From Desulfatiglandales bacterium (GTDB taxonomy: Bacteria > Desulfobacterota > DSM-4660 > Desulfatiglandales > Desulfatiglandaceae), in contig OY759599.1 in the NCBI GenBank assembly GCA_963662465.1, positions 480,001 through 544,000 on the forward strand: DNA of 64,000 nt. The letters are read 5' to 3'. The position numbers and the translations under genes were made by a program. Numbering within the stretch: the first letter of the stretch is position 1; every line of letters begins with the position of its first letter. Shown here in pieces: positions 39,005 through 47,748 of this stretch. Below the pieces are notes generated by a model. The model searched no databases, was not told the origin of the DNA, and saw only the letters and a program-made list of their open reading frames with translations.

Positions 39005-42000
39005 ATGCAGAACAGGCAAATTTATGTAACGGATCCGGAAGCCCGAAAATTGGTGAACGAGGGGGTTGCAAGCGTCAATGATGACATGAGTCCCGCAGCG
39101 CTTGCGGTGCTGCGCTATGAGCTTGAAACCTTTGTTTGCGATGGCCAATATGAAAAGGGTTTGGCCCATATTCTGGAAACCTATCTGAAGAATATCCAGC
39201 AGGCACAACAGCCCGCTGTGTGGGTCAGCGGCTTCTACGGTTCCGGCAAGTCGCACCTGGTTAAAATGCTCCGCGCCCTGTGGGTGGATACCTCTTTTGA
39301 AGACGGCGCCACTGCCCGTGGAATTGCCGCTCTGCCGCAGGACATTGGAGATCATTTAAAAGAACTGACCACGCAAGGCAAACGCCATGGAGGGCTCCAC
39401 GCCGCTTCAGGCACACTGGGCTCCGGCGCCACCGGAAGTGTTCGTCTGGCCCTTTTGGGCATCATTTTTAAATCAGTTGGGCTCCCGGAGCAGTACCCCT
39501 TGGCTCGGTTCGTACTGTGGCTCAAAAAGGAAGGGATTCAGGAAGAGATAGAAGAACAGTTAAAAGCCCATGGATACGATTGGGAAGAGGAGCTGGATAA
39601 TCTCCAAGTTGCCGAAGGTCTGCACCAGGTACTTTCGGAAGTGAAACCCAATCTTTTTCCATCGCCGGCATCCTGTGTGGAGACGCTGAACAATCGTTAT
39701 CCGTTTGTACAGGATATCTCCAGCGATGAAATGGTCAAGGCCATCCGACAAGCCTTGACCCGGAATGGCAAATTTCCCCTGACCCTGGTGGTTCTTGATG
39801 AGGTCCAGCAGTATATCGCCGAAGACAGCCAACGGTCCGATGAGGTCCGAGAGGCTGTGGAGGCCTGCTGCAAGAACATCGGCTCTAAACTTCTGTTTGT
39901 GGGAACCGGCCAGACAGCTGTAACCGGAACGCCTAACCTGAAAAAGCATGAAGGTCGATTCACCATCCGCATTGAACTTTCAGATGCCGATGTGGATGCG
40001 GTAATCCGCCAGGTTATCCTTGCCAAGAAGCCCGACGCCATTTCCCCTATTAATGCGCTTATGGAAACCAACCTGGGCGAAATCTCAAGACATCTATCCG
40101 ACACAACCATCGGGCATCGCCAGAATGATATTCCCTTTTTCCCTCAGGATTACCCCATCCTTCCGGTACGTCGGCGGTTCTGGGAACATACCCTGCGGGT
40201 GCTGGATCCCACGGGGACCGACAGCCAGCTTCGCAATCAACTGAGCATGGTGCACAAGGCCATACAAACCAACCTGGACCACCCAATGGGACATGTCATT
40301 CCAGCGGATTATCTCTATTTCGATTCGGCCGATAAACTCTTACAGTCTCGCATACTACCGCGAAAAGTACATGAAAAGACCATGATTTGGCTTAATGGAT
40401 CGGAAGAGGAGCGCCTTCTGGGAAGGGCCTGCGGCCTGGTTTTCCTCATCAATAAATTGGCGGGAAGCAACAAAGACATCGGCATTAAAGCCACCGTTGA
40501 TGCGATTGCCGATCTCATGGTGGAAGATCTTTCCAAAGGAAGTGGGGCATTGAGGGGAAAGCTTCCGGGTCTCTTGGGCAAAGCTGAACTGCTCATTAAG
40601 GTGGGGGATGAATATCGTATCCAGACCGAAGAGAGCGCTGCCTGGAACGATGAATTCCTAAGCCAGAGAAGCAGGCTTGCCAGTGAAGCATATCGCATAG
40701 AGGCGGAACGTGGGGATCGTATTCGTCGAAAATTCGGGGAACTGGTTAATAAACTTAACTTCACCCAGGGCAGTTCCAAGGTAACGCGAGACATACATCC
40801 CATATTCGATGCCGAACTTCCACCTGACAGTGATCAAAAGATTTGTGTCTGGGTCCGGGACGGTTGGAGCACGGATGAGAAATCCGTGTTGGCGGACGCA
40901 AGGCAGGCCGGCAATCAATCACCCACGGTGTTTGTTTTTATACCCAAAAGGTCTGCGGATGATCTACGTCACAATCTCATGGAATATAAGGCTGCCGTGG
41001 CCACACTGGAAAAACGGGGGGTCTCCAACACGTCCGAAGGCGTCGAGGCCCGGGCCGCCATGGAAACAACCCGTCAAGCCTCTGAGGGAAGGATCCAAGA
41101 ACTGATCGAGGATGCTTTTTCCGGTGCGCGCATCTATCAAGGCGGTGGGAACGAACTGGTGGGGAACGACTTCACAGAAGTGGTGTTGGAAGGGGCCGAA
41201 AATGCCGTTAAACGCCTTTATCCCCAGTTTCAGGCGGCAGATCATCCCGGATGGGAAAAGGTTTTTTCCCTGTCTCGCAAAGGTTCCCCTGATGCCCTCA
41301 AGGCCATTGGCGATGACGGTGAAGTTTCAAAGAACCCTGTTTGCAAGGCCATTTTGGGGCATATCGCCGGTGGGAAGAAGGGCGTTGATATTCGGCGCCA
41401 TTTTGAATCCCCACCCTTTGGATGGTCAAGGGATGCTGTTGATGGGGGCCTTCAGGCCTTGATGGTGGCCGGATTGATTCGTGCACAAAATGAACTGGGC
41501 AATGGGATTGATCCCAGAGAAATTGAAAGGAAGGCCATCGGAAAAGTCCTCTTTAAGGTGGAGTCCGCCACCGTAACCACGGCGCAAAGGATCCAGATAC
41601 GAAAGCTTTTTCAAAAGACGGGCATCAAAGCGAAGCCCGGGGAAGAACTTTCGTCCGTGGCTCTTTTTCTTCAGAAAATGGGAGAACTAGCCGAAGCGGC
41701 AGGCGGAGAGGCGCCCAAACCCGAACTCCCTGATACCGCCTTTATTGATGAGCTGCGCCTAACTGCTGGAAACGAGCAACTGCTGGCCGTTTACAACCGG
41801 CGCGATGATCTAACGCAGGCCATTGATTCCTGGACCCAGCTGGGCAAGCGGATCACCGTGCGGTGGCCCGATTGGATACTATTGAAACGCCTGGTGGGTC
41901 ATGCTACGGACATCAAAGACGCGGAAGTGATGCAGGCGCAGGCCACAACCATCGAAAAACAGCGCCAACTCCTGGAAGAGCTTGATTTGATCTTGCCCCT

Positions 42001-42442
42001 GGCTGCAAACCTGACCCAAATGCTTCGCGAAGAATTAAACCGGCTGGACAAGGAATATAAGGCGCTACACCAGAAAGGGATGGAGCGCCTCAAAGGAGAC
42101 GCCAACTGGCAGCAACTGGAACCTGAACAGCGCAACACCCTGCTGGCCGATCAGAAATTAACGCTTGAAGACCAGCCCCGGGTAGAGCTGAGCAATGTTG
42201 ACGATGTTTTGGCAACCCTGGGTCGAATAGGTCTTGATATGTTTACCGCCACCGTCGCCGCCATGCCCTCCCGTTTCGATAACGTTGCCAAAAGCGCCGC
42301 AGAGCTGTGCGAACCGGAGGTTCAGTTCATCCATGTGCCACGCCGAACGCTTAAGACCGAAATAGATATCGATACATGGATCGAGGAGGTGAAACAGCAA
42401 CTCAAAGACGCACTCCATGAAGGGCCGATCATTATTCGCTAA
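39005..42442 (+). CDS. brxC: BREX P-loop ATPase BrxC
   Basis: WVSGFYGSGKSHL.K, LDEVQQYI, YP.LP, PFGW; ATG at 39005. Confidence 0.9.
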   Translation: MQNRQIYVTDPEARKLVNEGVASVNDDMSPAALAVLRYELETFVCDGQYEKGLAHILETYLKNIQQAQQPAVWVSGFYGSGKSHLVKMLRALWVDTSFEDGATARGIAALPQDIGDHLKELTTQGKRHGGLHAASGTLGSGATGSVRLALLGIIFKSVGLPEQYPLARFVLWLKKEGIQEEIEEQLKAHGYDWEEELDNLQVAEGLHQVLSEVKPNLFPSPASCVETLNNRYPFVQDISSDEMVKAIRQALTRNGKFPLTLVVLDEVQQYIAEDSQRSDEVREAVEACCKNIGSKLLFVGTGQTAVTGTPNLKKHEGRFTIRIELSDADVDAVIRQVILAKKPDAISPINALMETNLGEISRHLSDTTIGHRQNDIPFFPQDYPILPVRRRFWEHTLRVLDPTGTDSQLRNQLSMVHKAIQTNLDHPMGHVIPADYLYFDSADKLLQSRILPRKVHEKTMIWLNGSEEERLLGRACGLVFLINKLAGSNKDIGIKATVDAIADLMVEDLSKGSGALRGKLPGLLGKAELLIKVGDEYRIQTEESAAWNDEFLSQRSRLASEAYRIEAERGDRIRRKFGELVNKLNFTQGSSKVTRDIHPIFDAELPPDSDQKICVWVRDGWSTDEKSVLADARQAGNQSPTVFVFIPKRSADDLRHNLMEYKAAVATLEKRGVSNTSEGVEARAAMETTRQASEGRIQELIEDAFSGARIYQGGGNELVGNDFTEVVLEGAENAVKRLYPQFQAADHPGWEKVFSLSRKGSPDALKAIGDDGEVSKNPVCKAILGHIAGGKKGVDIRRHFESPPFGWSRDAVDGGLQALMVAGLIRAQNELGNGIDPREIERKAIGKVLFKVESATVTTAQRIQIRKLFQKTGIKAKPGEELSSVALFLQKMGELAEAAGGEAPKPELPDTAFIDELRLTAGNEQLLAVYNRRDDLTQAIDSWTQLGKRITVRWPDWILLKRLVGHATDIKDAEVMQAQATTIEKQRQLLEELDLILPLAANLTQMLREELNRLDKEYKALHQKGMERLKGDANWQQLEPEQRNTLLADQKLTLEDQPRVELSNVDDVLATLGRIGLDMFTATVAAMPSRFDNVAKSAAELCEPEVQFIHVPRRTLKTEIDIDTWIEEVKQQLKDALHEGPIIIR

Positions 42443-42497
42443 AACCCGTATTGGGTTCGATGGGTTCCAACATTAAATCACCTATAGCGAGGGGAAA

Positions 42498-45400
42498 ATG
42501 CCACCGCTAGACAGACAGATCCGGAATACACTTGAGAGAGCTATTAAAGATGCCCGTGATATCGCCGAGGCTGCTGCCCGCGCTGCGCTGGAGCAACTGG
42601 GTGTGGGTGAATCTACCCCGTTTTCACATTTGAGCAATGAGGAAAGGGTGCTCCGCCGAAAGCTGCGTGTCCATGGCCGTCAGCTGGGAGACGTTAGCAA
42701 CGGTGGGGGCAGACAGGAAATTGATCGGTTGACCGAAGAGGTGGCCTATGAGCATTGGCACCGTATGCTGTTTGCCCGTTTTCTGGCGGAGAACAATCTC
42801 TTGATGTATCCGGATCCGGATGATCCGGTAGCCGTTTCACTGGAAGAGTGCGAAGACCTGGCCCCTGATGAAGGTGCAGCCAATGGCTGGGAGCTGGCCG
42901 CTCGTTTTGCTGCCCGCATGCTACCCCAGATTTTCCGGCCCGACTCCCCGGTATTTCAGCTAACGCTGCCGCCGGAACACCAGCAGAAACTTGAGCAACT
43001 TGTTGCGGATTTGCCACCGGAGGTGTTTGCCGCCTCCGATTCTTTAGGCTGGGTGTATCAGTTCTGGCAGGCGAAAAAGAAAGACGAGGTTAATGCCTCC
43101 GAGGTGAAGATCGGCGCACGGGAACTGCCTGCCGTCACCCAGCTTTTCACCGAGCCGTATATGGTCAGCTTCCTCTTGGATAACTCCCTGGGGGCATGGT
43201 GGGTGAAGCAGTTGTCAGTTGTCAGTGGTCAGTTATCAGGAAAAGCCCGAGAGATTTTGACAACAGCTGAAAATGAGCAGGAACTTCGTGATTTTTTCAG
43301 TATCCCCGGTGTTCCCCTTTCTTATTTAAGGTTCGTTAAAACTGATAACTGCACGCTGAAGCCTGACAACTCCAGCGTCTTCGAGGGTGAACATTGGATG
43401 CCCGCAAGCGGCTGGTTTGAGGGATGGCCCGATAACCTCTCAGAATTAAAAACACTGGACCCTTGCTGCGGCTCGGGACATTTTCTGGTGGCGGCCTTTT
43501 TGATGTTGGTGCCCATGCGCATGGAACTGGACGGCCTCTCGGTCCGGGAAGCCGTGGATGCCGTGCTACATGAAAACATCCATGGCCTTGAAATTGATAA
43601 ACGCTGTGTGGAGCTGGCCGCTTTTGCTCTGGCTTTGGCGGCATGGCAATATCCTGGTGCCAGTGGTTACCGAACTTTGTCGGAGCTGAATATAGCGTGT
43701 TCAGGGCTTGCAATCAGCACCAAAAAAGACGAGTGGCTCGCTTTGGCAGGTGCCGACACAAATTTGTGTTTTGCGTTGGAGGAGCTCTACAAGCAGTTCA
43801 AGGATGCATCGGTTCTAGGCAGTTTGATCAACCCAAAGACTAGCCTTGGGAAAGGATCGCTGTTCGAGCTGAAGTGGGAGGATGTTGGCCCGCTGCTAAC
43901 GAAGGCGTTGTTGGAAAAGCCCGATGACGAAATCCTAGAAATAGGTGTGATAGCAAGGGGTTTGTCAAAATCCGCGCAATTGTTGGCTAATAGATACCAT
44001 TGCCTGTTTACAAATGTTCCCTATCTAACTCGGGGTAAACAAGGTGATACGCTTCGTAGCTTCCTAGAATATCAACACAAATATAGCAAACACGATTTGG
44101 CGACTGCCTTTTTAGAGAGATGCCTTGATTTTTGTGCAGACGGTGGCACCGTTAGCGCTGTTATTCCACAAAACTGGATGTTTCTTTCCAGTTATCGCAA
44201 TTTTAGGCAGGGACTACTTAAAGAGCATCAATGGAATAGTGTGATTCGTCTTGGGTTTGCAGCATTTGATGTAATGGATTGGTGGGCATTCAATACAAGC
44301 TTGTTTGCAATAACAAGGGGGGAAAATAAAAATAGATTTTTTTTTGGGTTGGACGTCTCCGAGCCCCGTACCATCACCGAAAAATCCGCTGGGCTCTTGA
44401 CTTCGGAAATTAAATGCGTGGAACAAGCCAGTCAGCTAAAAAATCCAGATGCGCGCATTGCTTTTGATGAGATGCAGGGTGAATTACTTGAGGAATATGC
44501 AACCTCCCTAAATGGAATGCACGGTGCGGATGCTCCTAGATTCAGGATGTATTACTGGGAAGTGAACGGTTTAACGACTTGGAGATTTCTCCAAAACACT
44601 GTGGAATCGATCACCGTTTTTGGCGGGCGAAGCCAAGTTTTTTATTGGCCTAATGATGTTTTTTACCTACATAATTCTAAAGCACGTATTCAGGGAATGA
44701 AAGGATGGGATAGAAAAGGTGTAGCGATTAGCATGATGGGTACACTTCCTTGTACACTATCTACTGGCGAGGCATTTGATATTAGTTGTTCCTCAGTTAT
44801 ACCCAAAATAACCGCTCACCTCCCCTCCATTTGGTGCTTCTGCTCCTCACCGAAGTACAACAAAACGGTACGTTGTATAGATCAAAAAGTGAATGTTACC
44901 AACGCCACGCTGGCCAAAGTGCCCTTCGACCTTAACCAATGGACCAAGGTCGCCGAAGAAAAATACCCCAACGGCCTACCCAAACCCTATTCCCATGATC
45001 CCACACAATGGATCTTCCACGGCCATCCCTCTGGCTCTGTGGTGTGGGATGAGAAAAGCAAATGGACCGCGCGCGGCTCGCTCCGCAACGATGACACGGT
45101 TCTGCATGTCGCAGTTGCCCGCCTTCTCGGTTACCGCTGGCCTGCGGAGTTGGACCTAAACATGGAAGTGGCCGATGAACAGCGCGAATGGGTAAAACGT
45201 TGTGGACAGCTTCTGCCCTACGCCGACAAAGACGGCATCGTCTGCATCCCGCCGGTGCGAGGTGAAGCGACATGCGCCGATCGCTTGCTCAACCTGCTGG
45301 CGGCCACCTACGGCGATGTCTGGTCCAATGGCACCTTGCCTGAACTTCTCAAAAACACCAACCATGCTGGCAAAACCCTTGAAACCTGGCTGCGAGAGAA

Positions 45401-45953
45401 ATTTTTCATCCAACACTGCAAACTGTTCAAACACCGCCCCTTCATCTGGCACATCTGGGACGGCCTACGCGACGGTTTTGCCGCCCTGGTCAACTACCAC
45501 AAGCTTGATCAAAAAAACCTGGAAACCCTCATCTACACCTACCTGGGTGACTGGATCAGCCGCCAGAAGCAGGATATCACAACCGGTGTGGACGGCGCGG
45601 AAGAAAAACTGGCGGCCGCCGAAGGGCTCAAAAAACGCCTGGAATTGATCCTCGAAGGCGAATCCCCTTACGATATCTTCATCCGGTGGAAACCCATTGA
45701 AAAGCAACCCATGGGTTGGAACCCGGACTTAAACGACGGCGTGCGTTTAAACATAAGACCCTTTATGACCGTCCCGGATGTGGGCAAAAAAGGGGCCGGC
45801 GTCCTGCGCGACAAACCCAACATCAAATGGAACAAGGACCGGGGCAAGGATGTGGTCTCCGCGCCGTGGTATCACCTGTTCAAAGGGGACCGGATCAATG
45901 ATCATCATCTGACCCTTGAGGAAAAAAATAAAGTTAGAAATCCAAACAGATAA
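42498..45953 (+). CDS. pglX: BREX adenine methyltransferase PglX
   Basis: TQLFTEPYMV.FL, DPCCGSGHFL, TNVPY, RPFIWHIW, DLNDGVRLNI. Confidence 0.9.
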   Translation: MPPLDRQIRNTLERAIKDARDIAEAAARAALEQLGVGESTPFSHLSNEERVLRRKLRVHGRQLGDVSNGGGRQEIDRLTEEVAYEHWHRMLFARFLAENNLLMYPDPDDPVAVSLEECEDLAPDEGAANGWELAARFAARMLPQIFRPDSPVFQLTLPPEHQQKLEQLVADLPPEVFAASDSLGWVYQFWQAKKKDEVNASEVKIGARELPAVTQLFTEPYMVSFLLDNSLGAWWVKQLSVVSGQLSGKAREILTTAENEQELRDFFSIPGVPLSYLRFVKTDNCTLKPDNSSVFEGEHWMPASGWFEGWPDNLSELKTLDPCCGSGHFLVAAFLMLVPMRMELDGLSVREAVDAVLHENIHGLEIDKRCVELAAFALALAAWQYPGASGYRTLSELNIACSGLAISTKKDEWLALAGADTNLCFALEELYKQFKDASVLGSLINPKTSLGKGSLFELKWEDVGPLLTKALLEKPDDEILEIGVIARGLSKSAQLLANRYHCLFTNVPYLTRGKQGDTLRSFLEYQHKYSKHDLATAFLERCLDFCADGGTVSAVIPQNWMFLSSYRNFRQGLLKEHQWNSVIRLGFAAFDVMDWWAFNTSLFAITRGENKNRFFFGLDVSEPRTITEKSAGLLTSEIKCVEQASQLKNPDARIAFDEMQGELLEEYATSLNGMHGADAPRFRMYYWEVNGLTTWRFLQNTVESITVFGGRSQVFYWPNDVFYLHNSKARIQGMKGWDRKGVAISMMGTLPCTLSTGEAFDISCSSVIPKITAHLPSIWCFCSSPKYNKTVRCIDQKVNVTNATLAKVPFDLNQWTKVAEEKYPNGLPKPYSHDPTQWIFHGHPSGSVVWDEKSKWTARGSLRNDDTVLHVAVARLLGYRWPAELDLNMEVADEQREWVKRCGQLLPYADKDGIVCIPPVRGEATCADRLLNLLAATYGDVWSNGTLPELLKNTNHAGKTLETWLREKFFIQHCKLFKHRPFIWHIWDGLRDGFAALVNYHKLDQKNLETLIYTYLGDWISRQKQDITTGVDGAEEKLAAAEGLKKRLELILEGESPYDIFIRWKPIEKQPMGWNPDLNDGVRLNIRPFMTVPDVGKKGAGVLRDKPNIKWNKDRGKDVVSAPWYHLFKGDRINDHHLTLEEKNKVRNPNR

Positions 45954-46040
45954 CAACCATATTGCACAATAACACTTCTTATGTTGTATTGCGGAATTCA
46001 TGTTATGGAATAAAACCCACAAGAATGAGGGAGGCATATC

Positions 46041-47147
46041 ATGTTGAAGAGGCTATACGCCAACAACTATCGTTGTTTGGTCAATTTTGAGATACATTTC
46101 GATGAGCTGACCCTTTTAATCGGCCCGAACGGTGGTGGAAAATCCACCTTGTTTGATTTCCTGTACAAGATTCGCCACCTGATAGTGGATAATGCCAAGG
46201 TCGCGGAAGTATTTCCACCCGAGGATCTTACCGCCTGGATCAATCAAACCGAACAATCTTTTGAGCTTGACGTGCAAGGTGAGGATGGTCTTTTTTCCTA
46301 CAAGATGGTCATTTCCCATCATCCCGAAACCAGGAAACAGAGAATTGAATTGGAACATCTATTATTGGATGGGAAAACGCTGTTCGAGTTCAAAATGGGG
46401 GAAGTAAAGCTCTACCACGATGACCATAAACCGGGCCAGGAATATTCTTTCGACTGGTCCGTTTCGGCCCTGGCAACCATTGCTTCAAGACCAGACAATA
46501 AGAAACTGACATGGTTTAAGGGATGGCTGGAGAGATTATTTATTGTCAGTCTTCAGCCCAAGGCCATGGTTTCGGAAACGGCGGAAGAATCAAGCTGGCT
46601 GCACCGGAATGGAAGCAATTTTGCCTCATGGTATCGCTATATATCCCAAGAGCACCAGGACAGAATCTTCGGATTGACTGAACAACTTCGCGACGTCCTG
46701 CCCGGCTTTCATGCCTTTAAGCTGGAACAGGCGGGAAAGCATCGAATTCTGAAAGCCGGATTTGGCGGCGAAGATCAAAACGCACCAAAAATATATTTTG
46801 ATTTTGAGCAACTCTCAGATGGTCAACGCATCATCATGATTCTCTATTCTCTACTGATCGGCCTACAGGCCATGGGCCATACCCTGTTTATCGAAGAACC
46901 GGAAAACTATGTTTCTTTACCGGAAATCCAACCCTGGCTGATGGAACTAAACGATGCTTGTGGTGAGGGGTTCCCGCAAGCGGTATTGATTAGCCATCAT
47001 CCGGAGCTGATCGACTATTTAGGTCCTGAAAGCAGTCAATGGCTTGTAAGGGACCCTCTGGGTCCGAGCCGCGTAAAAAAACTACCAACAGAAATTGAAC
47101 AGGGGCTGAAGCTTTCCGAAAAAATTGCCAGAGGGTGGGTCGAATGA
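46041..47147 (+). CDS. ABC/AAA_21-type ATPase inserted in BREX
   Basis: GPNGGGKS, LSDGQ, IEEPEN, SHH. Confidence 0.85.
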   Translation: MLKRLYANNYRCLVNFEIHFDELTLLIGPNGGGKSTLFDFLYKIRHLIVDNAKVAEVFPPEDLTAWINQTEQSFELDVQGEDGLFSYKMVISHHPETRKQRIELEHLLLDGKTLFEFKMGEVKLYHDDHKPGQEYSFDWSVSALATIASRPDNKKLTWFKGWLERLFIVSLQPKAMVSETAEESSWLHRNGSNFASWYRYISQEHQDRIFGLTEQLRDVLPGFHAFKLEQAGKHRILKAGFGGEDQNAPKIYFDFEQLSDGQRIIMILYSLLIGLQAMGHTLFIEEPENYVSLPEIQPWLMELNDACGEGFPQAVLISHHPELIDYLGPESSQWLVRDPLGPSRVKKLPTEIEQGLKLSEKIARGWVE

Positions 47148-47704
47148 GCAAACGACGCGTGAAAATCGTAGTTCTTTGTGAGGATTCACAACACGAAGCC
47201 TTTATTCGAAGATTCCTCAAGGGAATGGGGTGGGATACAAGAGTGATCCGCATCGAAAAAAGCCCATCAGCCCTCGGTGCCGCGGAACAGTGGGTAAGAG
47301 AAAAATTCGTTTACGAACTGATGGCTTATCGGCAGCGGCGACAACGGGCGGCCTCTGCTCTAATGACAATGATTGATGCGGATAAAAAAGACGTGCTGGA
47401 TCGGATCAATGAATTCGAGGAGACATGTAATGCTCAGCAAATAGCATTTCGGGCTGTTGACGAGGCTGTGGCAATTGCAGTCCCGAAACGAAATATCGAG
47501 ACATGGATCCACTACCTGGATGGAAACACTGTGGATGAAAACCGATCCAAACCTTATCGCAAGTTGGAAAGGGCACGTAATTGTAAACCCGCTGTGGACA
47601 GGCTCGTACAATTGTGTAAGACAACCGGACTTCCATCGGATACCCCCCAAGCGTTGTTGACGGCCTGCCATGAGTATAATGCTAGAATAAGGCCGATGGG
47701 TTAA
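47144..47704 (+). CDS. TOPRIM-like partner protein coupled to the ATPase
   Basis: ATGA overlap; VLCED, IDAD, NIETW motifs. Confidence 0.65.
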   Translation: MSKRRVKIVVLCEDSQHEAFIRRFLKGMGWDTRVIRIEKSPSALGAAEQWVREKFVYELMAYRQRRQRAASALMTMIDADKKDVLDRINEFEETCNAQQIAFRAVDEAVAIAVPKRNIETWIHYLDGNTVDENRSKPYRKLERARNCKPAVDRLVQLCKTTGLPSDTPQALLTACHEYNARIRPMG

Positions 47705-47748
47705 ATTGGCCTTATTGAGGTTTTCAAAGATCAGCCGGGAGGTACTTA

